DNA of 64,000 nucleotides from Erysipelotrichaceae bacterium (GTDB lineage Bacteria; Bacillota_I; Bacilli_A; RFN20; CAG-826): NCBI GenBank assembly GCA_015059185.1, contig SVAY01000008.1, positions 1,587 to 65,586 of the forward strand, read 5' to 3'. Shown piece by piece: positions 59,834 to 64,000 of this stretch (position 1 is its first letter; each line of letters starts with the position of its first letter). The notes under the pieces were generated by a model. It saw only the letters and a program-made list of their open reading frames with translations, ran no database searches and was not told where the DNA came from. The position numbers and the translations under genes were made by a program.

Positions 59834-60733
59834 TTATAACGGATTATCTCTATCTAAAATACATTTGATTTCTTCTTTCACGTAAGTGAGGTCACTATTA
59901 GATAGAAGAGGGATAATCTTTTGGATTTTTTCTGTAGTTTTATTCCACCACTCTAACTTTTCTAATAATTCAATCATTTCATCATCAAATCTTTTTCTAA
60001 TAACTCTTGCTGGATTACCAACCACAATAGAATAAGGTGGTATATCTGAACCAACAACAGCGTTAGCGCCAATAATGCAGCCATCCCCAACATGCACGCC
60101 TGGAAGGAATGTGACGTTCTGTCCAATCCAAACATCATTACCAATCACCGTGTCGCCTTTATAAGGCAAATCTTCTTTTTTAGGTGGATCCTGTTTCCAA
60201 CCATTAAATATATAGAAAGGGTAAGTCGATACCGAATTCATTTGATGATTCGCGCCGTTCATAATGAATTCTACACCTCTTCCTATTTGACAAAATTTGC
60301 CTATGATTAATTTATCGCCGATAAAATCATAATGATGGGTGACATGCCTTTGGAAGTTTTGGCCATCGAAATATGTATATTCACCGACAATGATATTAGG
60401 ATTATCTATAATTGTTGGTTTAACATATACAACACTTTCATCTCGCGATTTTAACGGATGTATTTTTCTATAATCAGGCTTATCAGCTTTATCTGCCTTA
60501 TTCATTATTTCAGCCGCTTCACTTAAAGACATATCTAAAAATTCATTCGCATTCACCTTGAAAGTTAAAATTAACATAATGACTTTATCAAAAGAGATGT
60601 CTGTTTGACCTGTCTCTATCTTATTAATCATTGATTTATGGGTGTAACCTAAAGCTTCTGCAAATTCTTGCTGAGTCATATTGTTTTCTAAACGAATCTT
60701 CTTGATTCTATCACCTAATACTTTATATGCCAT
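59834..60733 (-). CDS. XRE HTH fused to a Vat/CatB-type (hexapeptide repeat) O-acetyltransferase
   Basis: N-terminal LGDRIKKIRLENNMTQQEFAEALG; then NIIVGEYTY, IGKFCQI, MNGANH, STYPF, IGNDVWIG, GNPARVIRKRF, WWN. Confidence 0.88.
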   Translation of the reverse strand: MAYKVLGDRIKKIRLENNMTQQEFAEALGYTHKSMINKIETGQTDISFDKVIMLILTFKVNANEFLDMSLSEAAEIMNKADKADKPDYRKIHPLKSRDESVVYVKPTIIDNPNIIVGEYTYFDGQNFQRHVTHHYDFIGDKLIIGKFCQIGRGVEFIMNGANHQMNSVSTYPFYIFNGWKQDPPKKEDLPYKGDTVIGNDVWIGQNVTFLPGVHVGDGCIIGANAVVGSDIPPYSIVVGNPARVIRKRFDDEMIELLEKLEWWNKTTEKIQKIIPLLSNSDLTYVKEEIKCILDRDNPL

Positions 60734-60742
60734 ATCTTCTCC

Positions 60743-60795
60743 TTTTTAACCGGGTCGAATTCGACCCCTTTAAACCTTCGAAATCGAGGGGTTTA
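60743..60795. repeat. Tandem pair of palindromes filling the KilA-N / XRE-Vat spacer
   Basis: GGGTCGAATTCGACCC (60752-60767) and CCTTCGAAATCGAGGGG (60775-60791), separated by TTTAAA. Confidence 0.8.
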
Positions 60796-61617
60796 TTTCT
60801 TTTCAATCCTCTTTACTGGTTTGACATTATTCTTGTTAAATAATTCTTTTTCTCTATTTGCCTCTTTGTTAAGAAGGACTAGTCTTTCTTGCTGCGATAG
60901 CTTTTGAGTAATCAACATTGAGTTTAAATATTCAAGGTTGCTAAGAATCGCTAACTCAATAGTATTTGCATAATCTCGTATATTGCCTTCTTTGCCTACG
61001 TTCGTATCTCTCCACTCTTTTGCAGTTTTACCAAACAGGGCAACATTCAAAAGGTCTGCTTCACTAGCATAAATAAAATTCTTTTGTTCGTTTGATAATT
61101 CAACAGGTACTAAATATTCCTTAACGGCATCCGTATGAATAAGGTAATTTAACTTAGTTAACAATCTCTTACCGTGCCACTCAAGCTGTTCAGATTCTTG
61201 TGCCTTTAATCTTTGGAATTCCTTAATAATATATAGTTTTACTTCCGCAGAAATCCAAGACGCAAATTCTAATGCAATATCACGATGGGCAAAAGTGCCA
61301 CCGCCATATTTGCCAGATTTAGTTTTGAACCCAATTGCATTAGTATTTTTTACCCATTTGGTAGGAGTCATTACAAAGTAATTATGGCCAGATTCATTTT
61401 TAAACTGGTCGAATTCGACCATGTTAAAATCTGGGTTATTTATTTGCTCCCAGATGCCAATAAATTCAATAGTCGCTCTCAATCTCATCCAGTTTTTAAT
61501 TACATCTGCAGGAAATTCTTGATTTTTAATTTTTGCCATATCGGTCAGACTAACATAATCATCATCACCAATACCTGTGACATTAATATCAATATTTTTA
61601 ATAGTGATTTTGTTCAT
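60793..61617 (-). CDS. KilA-N domain DNA-binding protein
   Basis: DYVSLTDMAK, IKNWMR, GKYGGGTFAHRDIALEFASWIS, YIIKEFQRLK. Confidence 0.88.
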   Translation of the reverse strand: MNKITIKNIDINVTGIGDDDYVSLTDMAKIKNQEFPADVIKNWMRLRATIEFIGIWEQINNPDFNMVEFDQFKNESGHNYFVMTPTKWVKNTNAIGFKTKSGKYGGGTFAHRDIALEFASWISAEVKLYIIKEFQRLKAQESEQLEWHGKRLLTKLNYLIHTDAVKEYLVPVELSNEQKNFIYASEADLLNVALFGKTAKEWRDTNVGKEGNIRDYANTIELAILSNLEYLNSMLITQKLSQQERLVLLNKEANREKELFNKNNVKPVKRIEKK

Positions 61618-61684
61618 AAAGCGATTCTCCTTTTATCAATATTATTCTACCATATTTATAATATATGTTCTACCAATGCATAAG

Positions 61685-61716
61685 AAAAAATCCTGAAATT
61701 GTTTCAGGACATTTTT
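61685..61716 (-). terminator. Terminator after tRNA-Ala
   Basis: TCCTGAAA-TTG-TTTCAGGA with T-run on the minus strand. Confidence 0.7.
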
Positions 61717-61724
61717 TATCAATT

Positions 61725-61800
61725 TGGTGGATCTGACCGGGATCGAACCGGCTACCTCCTCCATGCCATGGAGGCGCTCTCCCAGGTGAGCTACAGACCC
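61725..61800 (-). tRNA. tRNA-Ala(GGC)
   Basis: Acceptor stem GGGTCTG/CAGATCC with G3:U70; anticodon arm CCTCC-ATGGCAT-GGAGG (A32-U38); CCA end. Confidence 0.96.
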
Positions 61801-61871
61801 AAGATAATTGCTAGCGTTAATTACCAGCGTTATTTATCATAATAAAGTTTTACTTTACTTGCAACATTTTT

Positions 61872-61948
61872 TGGCGTCCATGAGACGATTCGAACGTCCG
61901 ACCCCTTCCTTAGGAGGGAAGTGCTCTATCCAGCTGAGCTACATGGAC
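61872..61948 (-). tRNA. tRNA-Arg(CCT)
   Basis: Acceptor stem GTCCATG/CATGGAC; anticodon arm CTTCC-CTCCTAA-GGAAG; GTTCGAATC T-loop; CCA end. Confidence 0.96.
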
Positions 61949-62066
61949 ATATGGCTTTCTAAAATGTTGCCACATCATTATACTATTATTTTTTATTTAG
62001 TTAAATAAAAGTGAAAACCAAGATAAAAGGGCTGAATTAACAGCCCTTCCACTATCGATTTAAGTA

Positions 62067-62960
62067 TTACTTATTGAGGAATACTAACATTGTTTGATAA
62101 ACAGAAGCTTTATCAACTTCGTTTAAGATTTCATGCCTCATTCCTTTAAAGGTTGCTACTTCGAAGTTTTTAAATCCAGCCTTTTCTAAGACCTTCTTAC
62201 TATTAGCGCGACCTTTTTCTCCAGCGGTACATGGGTCATCTTCACCACCCGCTAATAAGAATGGTAATTCTTCATTCGCATTGACGTATTTACCGGCTTT
62301 ACCCATTGCATTTAAGAGATGGAATAAAGCACTGAAGCTACCATTAGTGAATGGGAATCCACATAATGGGTCTTTAATATAGTTTTGGACATTCTCTTCG
62401 TTAGCACTTAACCAGTCTAAGTCAGTTTTCCTATTCTTCACTGCTTTAGTATATGGGCCAAGAGCGAGGTTCGCTAATAATTTAGAGAACTTTCTTTTGC
62501 CAAATGATTTCACGATATTACCAAGTAATACAGCGACTGGGCTTGCTGGGTTAGGCGCAACATAGCCAGAGAGAATTACTTTTTGATAATTCTTAGAATG
62601 TTCTTGGAGTAAGACGCGGCTAATGATTGAGCCCATGGAGTGACCAAATAAATAAACTGGGATACCTTTAAAGTTCTCTTTGATGTATTGATAGATTCTA
62701 TTTTGGTCATCGATAAGAATCTTTTCACCTTTCTTATCAGCAATATGACCTAATAATGGAGCGTCTTCACCATGTCCTCTCATGTCAGAGATGACAACCG
62801 CGTAGCCGTTCTTATTTAAATATTCGATGAAAGGATAATATCTTTCTTTATGCTCTTGCATACCATGTATCATTTGAAGAACCGCTTTTGGTTTTTCAAC
62901 TGGGAACACTGCTAAAGATAAAGAATACCCTTCACTAGCTTCTAAAAACAATTTTTCCAT
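62067..62960 (-). CDS. Alpha/beta hydrolase (lysophospholipase/monoacylglycerol lipase-like)
   Basis: IHGMQEH, DMRGHG, GHSMG nucleophile elbow, EDDP, RHEILNE. Confidence 0.9.
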   Translation of the reverse strand: MEKLFLEASEGYSLSLAVFPVEKPKAVLQMIHGMQEHKERYYPFIEYLNKNGYAVVISDMRGHGEDAPLLGHIADKKGEKILIDDQNRIYQYIKENFKGIPVYLFGHSMGSIISRVLLQEHSKNYQKVILSGYVAPNPASPVAVLLGNIVKSFGKRKFSKLLANLALGPYTKAVKNRKTDLDWLSANEENVQNYIKDPLCGFPFTNGSFSALFHLLNAMGKAGKYVNANEELPFLLAGGEDDPCTAGEKGRANSKKVLEKAGFKNFEVATFKGMRHEILNEVDKASVYQTMLVFLNK

Positions 62961-62969
62961 TAGGGATTA

Positions 62970-63986
62970 TTACTCCTCGTATCCATTTGGATTGTGGCTT
63001 TGCCAATTCCAGCTATCTTTACAAGCATCAACGATATCTCTTTCAGTCTTCCAACCCATTTCTCTTAAGGCTTTAGAAGCGTCTGCATAGTTTTCATCAA
63101 CGTCACCTGGACGACGATCACAAATCTTGTATTCAATCTTGATGTTGTTAGCTTTTTCAAATGCATGAACAAGTTCTAAGACGGATGTGCCTTTACCGGT
63201 ACCTAAGTTATAAATAACCAATCCTGGTTTAGCTTCTAATCTTCTTAAAGCACATAAGTGACCAATCGCTAAGTCAACGACATGGATATAGTCTCTGACA
63301 CCAGTTCCATCAACTGTCTTATAATCACTACCATAAACATTTAAGTATGGGCGTTTTCCAACAGCGACTTGGGTGATATATGGCATTAAGTTATTTGGGA
63401 TACCAGTTGGGTCTTCACCAATTCTACCACTCTTATGAGCACCGATTGGGTTGAAGTATCTTAAGATGGCAACATTTGCTGAAGGGACTTCTTTACAGAA
63501 ATCTTTAAGTAAATATTCAATATCTAATTTGGTTTGACCATATGGGTTAGTACAACCACCAACTTTATCATCTTCCTTAAGTGGAACATGATCTGGTACA
63601 CCATAAACTGTCGCACTAGATGAGAAGACGAGATTATTCACGCCATATTCTTTCATAAGGCGTAAGATAACTTTGGTTCCACCGACGTTATTCTTTTCAT
63701 AAAGTTCTGGGAACTTCACACTTTCAGCGACTGACTTTAATCCAGCGAAGTGGATAATATCAGTAATTTTTTCAGCTTCGAAGACTTTTCTCATTGCTGC
63801 TTCATCTTGAATATCAGCAAAATAGAATCTTGGTCTCTTACCTGTGATTTCCTCAATTCTATCCAAGACAATTGGTTTTGAGTTGGAATAGTTGTCTAAA
63901 ATAGCGACATCATATCCTGCGTTAAGTAATTCCACTACTGTGTGGCTACCGATGTAACCTGTGCCGCCTGTTACTAAAATGGCCAT
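62970..63986 (-). CDS. galE: UDP-glucose 4-epimerase
   Basis: TGGTGYIGSH, FSSSATVYG, NPYGQTK, LRYFNPIGAH, GVRDYIHV. Confidence 0.97.
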   Translation of the reverse strand: MAILVTGGTGYIGSHTVVELLNAGYDVAILDNYSNSKPIVLDRIEEITGKRPRFYFADIQDEAAMRKVFEAEKITDIIHFAGLKSVAESVKFPELYEKNNVGGTKVILRLMKEYGVNNLVFSSSATVYGVPDHVPLKEDDKVGGCTNPYGQTKLDIEYLLKDFCKEVPSANVAILRYFNPIGAHKSGRIGEDPTGIPNNLMPYITQVAVGKRPYLNVYGSDYKTVDGTGVRDYIHVVDLAIGHLCALRRLEAKPGLVIYNLGTGKGTSVLELVHAFEKANNIKIEYKICDRRPGDVDENYADASKALREMGWKTERDIVDACKDSWNWQSHNPNGYEE

Positions 63987-64000
63987 GTTTTATCTCCTTA

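Noticed and set aside
60743-60795. Palindrome pair as a CRISPR remnant or plain terminator
   Set aside because: No spacers and no cas genes; the hairpins lack a proper U-tract in the direction of transcription and match the in-gene KilA-N motif instead.
54400-61725. Possible prophage or ICE integrated at tRNA-Ala (KilA-N next to the tRNA 3' end)
   Set aside because: No integrase, no phage structural or conjugation genes, and no att duplication seen.
61968-61974. Single TGTGGCA heptamer near the tRNA-Arg promoter
   Set aside because: One copy, downstream of the -10; does not fit the repeat-N4-repeat-N10 geometry.
61808-62008. 66 aa plus-strand ORF
   Set aside because: Overlaps tRNA-Arg and its promoter on the opposite strand.

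Overview
A 64 kb low-GC chromosomal segment using genetic code 11 (TGA is a stop). It probably comes from an uncultured Bacilli/Mollicutes-adjacent gut or rumen bacterium; this is an inference from gene order and protein features. The housekeeping backbone is gap-pgk-tpiA, uvrA-lgt-HAD-trxB-whiA, rplKAJL-methyltransferase-rpoBC, a DegV gene, glnS, galE and three tRNAs: Pro(GGG), Ala(GGC), Arg(CCT). Accessory material stands out in five places. (1) A tightly coupled 12 kb operon joins an Sfp PPTase and a C-A-T-C-A-T-R NRPS to a complete partner-switching module: a MATE transporter fused to an RsbW-like kinase, a STAS protein, and a membrane sensor PP2C phosphatase. (2) Three related, signal-less unknown proteins each sit behind an identical pho-box-like promoter architecture. 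(3) KilA-N and RhuM genes carry palindromes inside their reading frames. The KilA-N palindrome recurs just downstream of the gene, and the two RhuM copies covary. (4) A TnpB-only IS200/IS605 element has inserted into the last codon of a glutathione peroxidase gene, apparently without changing the protein. (5) There is a cytidylyltransferase-aminotransferase-LicD operon, an XRE-Vat acetyltransferase fusion and several membrane-tethered XRE regulators. All calls are by-eye motif recognition; no searches were run.
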